Part shown: positions 10,091 through 17,097 of the stretch, one piece after another
Layout of the letters: the number at the start of each line of letters is the position of its first letter
Position numbering within the stretch: position 1 is the first letter of the stretch
NCBI GenBank assembly: GCA_964460435.1
Contig: CAYWRH010000002.1
Coordinates: 15,500-79,499, forward strand
Direction: 5' to 3'
Source: an uncultured Desulfatiglans sp.
GTDB taxonomy: Bacteria > Desulfobacterota > DSM-4660 > Desulfatiglandales > HGW-15
DNA length: 64,000 nucleotides
Position numbers and translations under genes: made by a program
Notes under the pieces: generated by a model
Database searches by the model: none
Seen by the model: the letters and a program-made list of their open reading frames with translations, nothing else
Told to the model about the DNA's origin: nothing

Positions 10091-10237
10091 TTATTCCTTT
10101 ATACAGATTGCCGTACCGCTTCTTAGCAATTGCTTACTTAAGATGTACTCCTTCTTTTCATCCTGCAAATATTTAAAGAGCTTAACCACTCGCAAGGCAA
10201 AGGCAAAACTTTTATCTTTAACAACATTTTCTCTCAT
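10091..10237 (-). pseudogene. internally deleted four-helix-bundle (23S rRNA IVS-type) gene remnant
   Basis: It keeps ~44 N-terminal codons (MRENVVKDKSFAFALRVVKLFKYLQDEKKEYILSKQLLRSGTAI) that align with the intact copy at 11881-12022. It then jumps to the last ~20 nt of that gene (tagtttttatcatttttat). About 190 bp are missing. The frame ends at TAA 10091-10093, 2 nt before the hsdR ATG. Confidence 0.65.
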
Positions 10238-10270
10238 GCCATTCACCCTTTACCATTCACAATTCAGAAT
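10238..10270. repeat. CCATTCAC-type octamer array (upstream arm of the degenerate cassette)
   Basis: ccattcaccctttaccattcacaattc is identical to 12024-12050. Confidence 0.8.
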
Positions 10271-10273
10271 TAA

Positions 10274-11623
10274 TTAAAGAATCTCCCAATGACCTCCCTT
10301 TTTAGGGCCTTTATAAGCTATCTTTCCTTCCTTCTGTAATCTGGACGCAGCTTTTTCAACGGCTCTGATTGACTTCCCTATCTGTTCTGATATTTCTACA
10401 AGGGTGATATTCGGATTTTTTTCTATTTTATCCATTATTGCATCAGTGGTTTTTACCGTCGTTTTTACCGTCGTTTTTACCGTCGTTTCTACCGTCGTTT
10501 TAGTATCGACCTCTGAATCGGAAAAGTGGAATATCATCCATAAACCATTCGGTTCATATTCTATTTCAAATCTGGCAGTCCCTGATTCCAAGCATGCTTC
10601 GGATATTTTTTCAATTCCGCGGCCCCAGGCCTCTATCATTCCGGCGCGGAAGAACACGTCTGCTATATCAGGGTTAAAAGGCTGTGAAGAATGCTTTTTT
10701 ATAAGGGTATCAACTGTCCATCCTTCAGGCAAGGTTCCCGGATTCCATAGCATGACCTTGTTGTCATAAACGCTTATCTGGATAGGAATAGAACTCCCAT
10801 AATCCTTATGGGCTACCGCATTAAGAAGAGACTCCCGCAGGGCTTTTTCCGGAACCGGATAGGATTCTATTCGCTGGACACCCTTGTATGAAATCCTTGC
10901 ATGAAGATATTTTGTAAGTAGAATATCCATGGTTTTATCAACCTGAGTGAACAGGTTCCCATGAATCTCATCATGAAAGAGAAGGTCAGCATCACTCTTA
11001 AAAAATCCCACCTTAATAAACGACCCGGTTACATATTTTTCAGGATCAGGGTGAAATAGCAGGATAGACGCCCTTTTGAAGTATGTTTTCTCCTTGAGGT
11101 GAAGTTTATCCATCAGGGAACTATCAGAGTCATTCAATATCTCTGCTGGCAAACGCTTGCTTAACAGCGCCTTTTCTCTGAAGATACTTATTGTCTTTTT
11201 ATCAAAATCAGCAAGTTTAAGATTCGGCACAGGAACACCATCCCAGTGTCTGCCCTGTTTGCTGAGTAAAAACCGGTCAAGGGCAGCGCCTTTCAGCTCC
11301 TGTTTTGTGCTGCCGCTCCGGTAATGGTATTCGCCGCAATAGCTTACCGGGTAGGGGTAGGGAGCAACCACAATTTCAAGGTATTCCTTTTTCTTTTCCG
11401 ATTTCAGGTTTACATCAACCATAATTCCAAGGATGTCACGAACCTTATTCGGGATATCTTCAAGGAGTTTTTTGACATTGGATAATCCTACAACGTTACC
11501 ATTGTCATCTTTACCAATATAAAGAACCCCGCCTTCAGCATTTGCATAACCGCAAATCCATTTAAGGTAATCATCACGCCATGATGTCTTGAATTCTATA
11601 TTCTGGTTTTCTTTCATAAGCAT
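10274..11623 (-). CDS. AlbA_2 (Schlafen-like) domain protein with RecG-C-like/HATPase_c_4 region and C-terminal wHTH
   Basis: 449 aa. The N-terminus ENQNIEFKTSWRDDYLKWICGYANAEGGVLYIGKDDNGNVVGL fits the AlbA_2 pattern. The C-terminus (IEKNPNITLVEISEQIGKSIRAVEKAASRLQKEGKI) looks like a winged helix. Family call is from memory. Confidence 0.75.
   Translation of the reverse strand: MLMKENQNIEFKTSWRDDYLKWICGYANAEGGVLYIGKDDNGNVVGLSNVKKLLEDIPNKVRDILGIMVDVNLKSEKKKEYLEIVVAPYPYPVSYCGEYHYRSGSTKQELKGAALDRFLLSKQGRHWDGVPVPNLKLADFDKKTISIFREKALLSKRLPAEILNDSDSSLMDKLHLKEKTYFKRASILLFHPDPEKYVTGSFIKVGFFKSDADLLFHDEIHGNLFTQVDKTMDILLTKYLHARISYKGVQRIESYPVPEKALRESLLNAVAHKDYGSSIPIQISVYDNKVMLWNPGTLPEGWTVDTLIKKHSSQPFNPDIADVFFRAGMIEAWGRGIEKISEACLESGTARFEIEYEPNGLWMIFHFSDSEVDTKTTVETTVKTTVKTTVKTTDAIMDKIEKNPNITLVEISEQIGKSIRAVEKAASRLQKEGKIAYKGPKKGGHWEIL
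10449..10508. repeat. in-frame 12-nt tandem repeat (gtttttaccgtc x4 plus one degenerate unit)
   Basis: Units lie at 10449-60, 10461-72, 10473-84 and 10485-96 (one substitution), with a degenerate unit at 10497-508. They encode TTVETTVKTTVKTTVKTT in the linker before the wHTH. Confidence 0.9.
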
Positions 11624-12073
11624 TCCAATTGTGAATTGTGAGTGGTAAATGGTGAATTAGTTTTTATCATTTTTATCACCTTTTGCGGTAAGGATGATAG
11701 ATGCAAGTAATTTTTTTAGTTCAGTTATATCAGGGATTATTGAATTGTACTGCACTGTTTCTAGATATTCCGATTTATATAAAAGATCAAGCCAGTATTC
11801 GGTTTCGTTTGCTTCCTTTTGAGCGATCGCCATTTTGTGAATGAAATCGGCTTTGCTTTCCGCCTGTTCTGCCTCACGTATCAAAGCTCCGATTGCTGTG
11901 CCGCTTCGAAGTAGTTGCTTACCTATAACATATTCTTTCTTTTCATTCTGTAAGTACTGGAAAAGTTTAACGATCCGCAAAGCAAAGGCAAAACTTTTAT
12001 CTTTAACAACATTTTCCCTCATGCCATTCACCCTTTACCATTCACAATTCATCATTCACCCTTCACCATTACT
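11624..12073 (-). mobile_element. four-helix-bundle gene cassette bounded by inverted octamer arrays (IVS-like element)
   Basis: A GTGAATKG array (11624-11656) and a CCATTCAC array (12023-12073) are reverse complements and flank the ORF directly. A second, deleted copy and an ORF-less arm pair occur in the same island. Confidence 0.45.
11657..12022 (-). CDS. four helix bundle protein (23S rRNA intervening-sequence protein family)
   Basis: 121 aa from the ATG at 12022; the track extends to a GTG at 12031. MRENVVKDKSFAFALRIVKLFQYL...SGTAIGALIREAEQAESKADFIHKMAIAQKEANETEYWL is the typical family pattern. Confidence 0.85.
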   Translation of the reverse strand: MRENVVKDKSFAFALRIVKLFQYLQNEKKEYVIGKQLLRSGTAIGALIREAEQAESKADFIHKMAIAQKEANETEYWLDLLYKSEYLETVQYNSIIPDITELKKLLASIILTAKGDKNDKN

Positions 12074-13273
12074 TCAAATCAGTCTAACCTTCCCTGTCAG
12101 CAAAACCTGCATCATGCCCTGTTTTATCATTCGGTATTTATCCAGTTTTTTCTCAAGGGCTTCTATTTCGGCATCCATGTCAGAGAGAATTTGCGCGATT
12201 CGGGTTTGTTCCTCTTTTTCTTTTGGTAAATGGATTTTTATTTTATACATTTGAGATTTATTCAATTTTGCTCTGGTTCCACTTGCTAATAAATCTAAAA
12301 TATTTTTATGAACTAAAGAATAGTAAATGAAATTCTGATCAAATTGTGCTTTTGCTTTTAAAATGTGCGCATGATTATTTACCCAAAATTTACCTTTCAT
12401 TTTGTATGCTATCGGCCTTGTTGCATATTCATCAAAGTAACCACCATCTTCTGCAATTAGAATGACGTCATCATTTATTTTATAATCATTAAGATAATCT
12501 AAAATACCATTCGCACCACAATAGGGGTAATCACCTTGCATGGCTAGCCTTTGTGTTTCATTTAATGGCAACCTCAGATTGTCTAAACAATCAGTCATTT
12601 TTTCTAAGTTGATCCCTTCCCAGCTTCGCTTCGGTTTAAGCAACTCCTGCATAGCCCCCTGCTTGACGGCTCGCTTTTTTGCAATGAGTTTTTCCAATTG
12701 GGTAATGAGAGAATCGACATCATTTAAAGCAGTGGCTATGGCGGTCTGCTCGGCTTTTGTGGGGGGAAGAGGTATTTGAAACTTTCTTATTCTTGCAAGT
12801 GCTAATTTGGGTTGTGCACCTAATGTTTTTTCAGCTTCAATTTTATTTTGGATCAACCAAGACATTAAAACATAAAGTAAATAATCTCTAACGCAAGAAA
12901 TATTTGTAAGTCTATCTGCGTTCTCAGTAAGATTCGCACCATTTAATATAGGAGGGATTTTGCCCACTAATCCTAATGTTCCTGCGACAGAGATAAAAAT
13001 ATCATCATTAAAAATACAATAATTTTTAATTGAAGGATATACATCATTAGGTAAATATTTGATGTCATTTAAAGAAACACTTCCCATAGACATATCTGCA
13101 ACACGAATATAAAAATGATCTGTTTCTTTGTCTGTAAGTGATTTGCCTAATGGTAATCTTTTCCCACTTCTTACTTCTGAAACATCGTTGATAGCTAATA
13201 CTCTCCAATCATTTGGAATAATCCCAACTTCTGTTTCTTTGAACCCTTCCGGTATTTTTTTAAGATTTACCAT
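12074..13273 (-). CDS. hsdS: Type I restriction-modification specificity subunit S
   Basis: 399 aa. Two variable target-recognition regions are separated and followed by conserved helical spacers (IPLPPTKAEQTAIATAL..., LPKEKEEQTRIAQILSDMDAEIEALEKKL). Confidence 0.9.
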   Translation of the reverse strand: MVNLKKIPEGFKETEVGIIPNDWRVLAINDVSEVRSGKRLPLGKSLTDKETDHFYIRVADMSMGSVSLNDIKYLPNDVYPSIKNYCIFNDDIFISVAGTLGLVGKIPPILNGANLTENADRLTNISCVRDYLLYVLMSWLIQNKIEAEKTLGAQPKLALARIRKFQIPLPPTKAEQTAIATALNDVDSLITQLEKLIAKKRAVKQGAMQELLKPKRSWEGINLEKMTDCLDNLRLPLNETQRLAMQGDYPYCGANGILDYLNDYKINDDVILIAEDGGYFDEYATRPIAYKMKGKFWVNNHAHILKAKAQFDQNFIYYSLVHKNILDLLASGTRAKLNKSQMYKIKIHLPKEKEEQTRIAQILSDMDAEIEALEKKLDKYRMIKQGMMQVLLTGKVRLI

Positions 13274-13306
13274 TCAAGCTGCATCCATTTTAAAACAATA
13301 AACTGG

Positions 13307-13329
13307 ATTCCCCGATCAAGTCGGGGAAT
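13307..13329. repeat. REP-like hairpin attccccga-tcaag-tcggggaat
   Basis: A perfect 9-bp stem lies in the hsdM-hsdS spacer. It belongs to the short GC-rich palindrome class seen elsewhere in the window. Confidence 0.6.
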
Positions 13330-13360
13330 GACGTGGTGGTTGATATTGTCTTTTTATTAA

Positions 13361-15805
13361 TCAAAATGAAAACCCCATTTTAGCAAGATGCATTCTAACT
13401 TTGTCTTCAAGCTTACTGACCTCCTCCATTTGAGCAGGCAAAGGCGTTTCATACCGTTCCGCAAGCTCCTTAATACGCTGCGTGAGCCTGTGGCTGATAT
13501 TATCCATCTCTGTTTCAATTCTCTTTCCGATATTTTGCATCCACTTCTTTTCCACAACAATATGTTTTATCTCATCAATGGTCAGTTTCGGGTACTGAGC
13601 TATCACCTTCTTTTCAAGTTCAGCCTTTGCAATCCTTATTTTCTCCCTTGCCTTTTTTTCATCCTCCATGAGCCCTTTATACTTATGGAGCAGGTCATAC
13701 TCTTCAGCATTATCAGCACTCCTTTTACCCAGCTCCCTTATTGCCTTATCTAGGGAGACTTTGCTGATCTTCCCTTTGTCATCCACAGCGTTGCCAAGCA
13801 GACCTTCTTCGCCACTATGCTCTTCTCTAAACTCTTCCATGCTGGCAGTTAAGGATTCAACCTGTATTTCGAGATCATCTATGACCTTCTGCTCTTTTTC
13901 AAAATACTCCTGAATCATCAGGACAGGCGGTATAAGCCTTCCTTCCAGCCCTTCAATCCCCTGAACCTCTTTTACTATCTCCCTGTCGCCCTTTTTTGTC
14001 TTCTTTTCTACCCTGTTCACAATATTGCCTGCTGACCAGCCATCGGCTGCAAGCTCATAAAAATCATCCTGCATGGTCTCTGCCCAGTAATCCATAAGAT
14101 GCTGGTATATGGTGTATTTATCAATGAGCGGTTTATCTGTGTAATGCCCAAGCAGGCTTTCTGAAATTCTCTTTATCTCATGCTTTGGCTTTATTCCCTT
14201 TTTTAGCGCCATAAGATATATAGCGGTCTCTTGTTTCCAGCGTCTAAACACAGAGCTCATCTTTTTGGCAAATGCAATAAACTCAGGGTGTGAAAAGATC
14301 TCATCCCTTATTTTTGAATAGGGAATGGATAATTCAAGATAACCTTTCCTGCCATTTTTAAATAAATGTTTTTTTAAAGTGGGGTACACCTGCCAGTATT
14401 TTTCAAGGGCATCAATATCCCTTTGGGGTATGCCTCCCAATAAATGGGCCTCTATGTCCTGGAGATCTTCCTCCTCCTGACTATCGATATACCTTGGTAT
14501 ATTCAGGTTATAATCGTTTCTGGGGTCTGCGATTTCCTCGACAGGAATGATACGTGAATATTTGGGGATCTCAATGCGGCGGTTGAACGTATCCACAATC
14601 CTGTGTATATCCTGTTCCCTGAGCCGGTTTTTATTGCCATCCTTTATAAACCCCTTGCTGGCATCAATCATGAAGATATCTTTTCGCTCTGCGGCCTTTT
14701 CCTTGTCTATCACGACCAGACTTGCTGCAATGCCTGTCCCGTAAAACAGGTTGGGAGGAAGGCCTATGATACCCTTTATATAACCCTTCTGAATTATCTT
14801 CTTCCTGATCTGGGCCTCCGCATTGCCACGGAACAGCACGCCAAGGGGAAGAACAATACATGCCTTGCCCTTAGACTTTAGGGATTTTATCAGGTGAAGC
14901 AGGAATGCAAAGTCACCATTCTTTGCAGGCGGAACAGCATCATAACCTTCAAACCGCTTATAGATATCATTAACAGGATCAACTCCATTCATCCATGACT
15001 TATAGCTGAAGGGCGGATTTGAGACCGCATAATCAAACTGCTTTAGTTCTCCGGTAGTATCATTTTTAAACTCAGGGGCAGCAAGCGTATTTCCCTGTAC
15101 AATCTCTGCATCAGGGTTGTCATGGAGCCACATGTTCATAACTGCAAGCGCCCGGGTTGCATTGTCATTTTCCTGGCCATATATGGTTATTCCATAAGGG
15201 GCTTCATCAGCCGCCTTTAAAAGTAATGACCCTGAACCGCATGTGGGGTCATATATGGTTTCGGACTGGCTTTTGGAATTTTCGATCCCGATCACCTTTG
15301 CCATGACTCGGGAGACCTCGGCAGGGGTATAGAACTGCCCCTTGCTCTTGCCGCTTTCTGTGGCAAAGTGCCGCATGAGGTATTCATAGGCATCGCCAAG
15401 CAGGTCATCTCCCTCTGCCCTGTTGCCGCTGAAATCCAGCTCTTTCTTTTCAAAAATGGTTATGAGATTGGTAAGTTTGTCAACCTTGTCTTTGCCCTTG
15501 CCAAGTTTTTCATCATCATTAAAATCAGCAACTGTGATAACGCCGGTAAGCCCGTTTGCCTTTGCAAACTCGCCTATGATTTTATTGATCTGGTCGCCGA
15601 TATCGGATTTGCCTTTGTGTTTTACCATGTCGTAAAAACTTGCATTTGGAGGGATATCAATAAGAGGGTCTTTTTTGTCAGAGACATATTTCATGAAGAG
15701 CATAACCAGCACATAATCCTTGTACTGGCTGGCATCCATGCTGCCGCGGAGTTCATCACAACTTGCCCAGAGTGAACTGTATAATTCTGATTTTTTTATA
15801 GCCAT
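13361..15805 (-). CDS. hsdM: Type I restriction-modification DNA methyltransferase subunit M (long form)
   Basis: 814 aa. SAM-binding DPTCGSGSLL and catalytic NPPF (VSNPPFSYKSW) are present. A ~300-aa coiled-coil-rich C-terminal extension follows. Confidence 0.95.
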   Translation of the reverse strand: MAIKKSELYSSLWASCDELRGSMDASQYKDYVLVMLFMKYVSDKKDPLIDIPPNASFYDMVKHKGKSDIGDQINKIIGEFAKANGLTGVITVADFNDDEKLGKGKDKVDKLTNLITIFEKKELDFSGNRAEGDDLLGDAYEYLMRHFATESGKSKGQFYTPAEVSRVMAKVIGIENSKSQSETIYDPTCGSGSLLLKAADEAPYGITIYGQENDNATRALAVMNMWLHDNPDAEIVQGNTLAAPEFKNDTTGELKQFDYAVSNPPFSYKSWMNGVDPVNDIYKRFEGYDAVPPAKNGDFAFLLHLIKSLKSKGKACIVLPLGVLFRGNAEAQIRKKIIQKGYIKGIIGLPPNLFYGTGIAASLVVIDKEKAAERKDIFMIDASKGFIKDGNKNRLREQDIHRIVDTFNRRIEIPKYSRIIPVEEIADPRNDYNLNIPRYIDSQEEEDLQDIEAHLLGGIPQRDIDALEKYWQVYPTLKKHLFKNGRKGYLELSIPYSKIRDEIFSHPEFIAFAKKMSSVFRRWKQETAIYLMALKKGIKPKHEIKRISESLLGHYTDKPLIDKYTIYQHLMDYWAETMQDDFYELAADGWSAGNIVNRVEKKTKKGDREIVKEVQGIEGLEGRLIPPVLMIQEYFEKEQKVIDDLEIQVESLTASMEEFREEHSGEEGLLGNAVDDKGKISKVSLDKAIRELGKRSADNAEEYDLLHKYKGLMEDEKKAREKIRIAKAELEKKVIAQYPKLTIDEIKHIVVEKKWMQNIGKRIETEMDNISHRLTQRIKELAERYETPLPAQMEEVSKLEDKVRMHLAKMGFSF

Positions 15806-15861
15806 GAGTTATTCTTTTGTTTTGGTTTTTGGGGATAATAACACTTGAAGGCAAATAAGGA

Positions 15862-15919
15862 AATGGTGAATTGTGAATGGTTAATAATGAATGATTTTTT
15901 CTTGCCATTCACCATTCAT
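15862..15919. repeat. ORF-less inverted pair of GTGAATGG / CCATTCAC arms
   Basis: aatggtgaattgtgaatgg (15862-15880) and ccattcaccattcat (15905-15919) are separated by a 24-nt AT-rich loop. The right arm overlaps the lpxB stop codon (15916-15918). Confidence 0.75.
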
Positions 15920-17070
15920 CCCTTCATCATCTCAAAGGCGAGCTGTGCGGTTCTTTTTGAGGCGCCGGGCCCGCCGAGGCTTTCAGTGACCCTGGCCAGT
16001 TTTTCCTTGATCTCTTTCTTTTTGTTCTCGTCACAGAGAATGCCAACGGCCCTTTCAGCTATGATATCAGGGCGAACATCCTCCTGTAAAAGCTCGGGCG
16101 CAACCTCTTCCCCTGCCACAAGGTTGACAAGCCCGGCATACGGGACCTTAACCACCCGTTTGGCAATGCTGTATGAGATTTTAGACATGCGGTAGGTAAC
16201 AATCATGGGCACGCCCATGATTGCTGTCTCAAGGGTGGCGGTTCCTGATGCCACAAGGGCAAGATCGCTCACCTTAAGGGCGCGGTAAACCCCCTTAGCG
16301 GTTGTGATAACATTAAGGCGTGAACCCCGTATCATCCTTTTAATATGATCCTGCGATATGGTGGGCGCGACAGGTATTATACATTTAAGGTTTGGCACAC
16401 GTGAGGATATTATACCTGCTGCCTCAAGCATGACAGGCAGAAGTTTTGAGACCTCTTCATCCCTGCTTCCCGGCATAAGGGCAATAACAGTCTCCTCCTT
16501 TTTCAAACTGAACTCCTTCTCTATGGCCATCCTGTTCATGGATAGGGGCACCTGATCCATTAATGGATGGCCCACATATTCGACAGGGATATCAGCGCCT
16601 GTCTTAAGGTAAAAATCCTTTTCAAAGGGGAGGATTACAGCCATGCGGTCCACCCTTTTGGCAAGTTTTTTGACCCTTCCGCTTCTCCAGGCCCAGAGCT
16701 GCGGGCTTATATAATAGAGCACAGGCACGCCGAATTTTTTTGCAGCGCCCGCCAGGCTGATGTTAAAGCCAGGGTAATCGATGAGAATGAGGAGATCGGG
16801 TTTTTCCCTTTTCAGTATGGAGCGCATCCTGAAATAGGAGCTAATAATAGCACCTGACCTTGAAAAGACCTCTGTTAAACCTACAGCCGCCATCTGGGAG
16901 GCATGGGTAACTATCTCCACCCCGGCAATGACCATCTTGTCGCCGCCAATGCCCCTGAACATGATATCGCGGTCAATATCCTTCATGGCCTTCACAAGAT
17001 TTGCCCCGTGCAGGTCGCCCGAGGCCTCGCCTGCCACTATAAGCACATATCTGGAACCATAGCTGTTCAT
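15916..17070 (-). CDS. lpxB: lipid-A-disaccharide synthase
   Basis: 384 aa. N-terminal VAGEASGDLHGANL and the family-wide pattern are present, within an lpx cluster. Confidence 0.93.
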   Translation of the reverse strand: MNSYGSRYVLIVAGEASGDLHGANLVKAMKDIDRDIMFRGIGGDKMVIAGVEIVTHASQMAAVGLTEVFSRSGAIISSYFRMRSILKREKPDLLILIDYPGFNISLAGAAKKFGVPVLYYISPQLWAWRSGRVKKLAKRVDRMAVILPFEKDFYLKTGADIPVEYVGHPLMDQVPLSMNRMAIEKEFSLKKEETVIALMPGSRDEEVSKLLPVMLEAAGIISSRVPNLKCIIPVAPTISQDHIKRMIRGSRLNVITTAKGVYRALKVSDLALVASGTATLETAIMGVPMIVTYRMSKISYSIAKRVVKVPYAGLVNLVAGEEVAPELLQEDVRPDIIAERAVGILCDENKKKEIKEKLARVTESLGGPGASKRTAQLAFEMMKG

Positions 17071-17097
17071 TTCACTCTTTTACCAAAGGAATCGGGT

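Larger units (their letters stand above)
6181..15919. other. Type I restriction-modification genomic island inserted between recA and lpxB
   Basis: hsdM-hsdS-(4HB)-(AlbA_2)-(4HB remnant)-hsdR-M48 all lie on the minus strand. By eye the segment is more AT-rich than the flanking housekeeping genes. GTGAATGG arrays mark the internal junctions and the lpxB-side edge. Confidence 0.6.

Noticed and set aside
10449-10508. Tandem repeats and the octamer arrays considered as a possible CRISPR array.
   Set aside because: The units are 8-12 nt and contiguous, with no unique spacers. There is no leader and no cas genes. This is not a CRISPR.
10404-10769. A 121-aa plus-strand ORF with a striking VVFTVVFTVVFT repeat.
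   Set aside because: It is the antisense reading of the 12-nt tandem repeat inside the AlbA_2 gene. The sense frame has clear domain homology and this one has none.
11624-12073. The 4HB cassette considered as an integron gene cassette with an attC site.
   Set aside because: The inverted arrays flank the ORF on both sides rather than forming a single 3' attC. No intI or attI is in the window, and the arms are simple octamer arrays rather than an R''-L''/L'-R' structure.
13357-13560. A 67-aa minus-strand ORF overlapping the 3' end of hsdM in another frame.
   Set aside because: It is nested entirely in hsdM, whose own frame carries clear sequence conservation. I treat it as spurious.
15845-16195. 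A 116-aa plus-strand ORF starting in the GTGAATGG arm and running antisense into lpxB.
   Set aside because: Its start derives from repeat sequence and the rest is a shadow frame of lpxB. It has no independent support.
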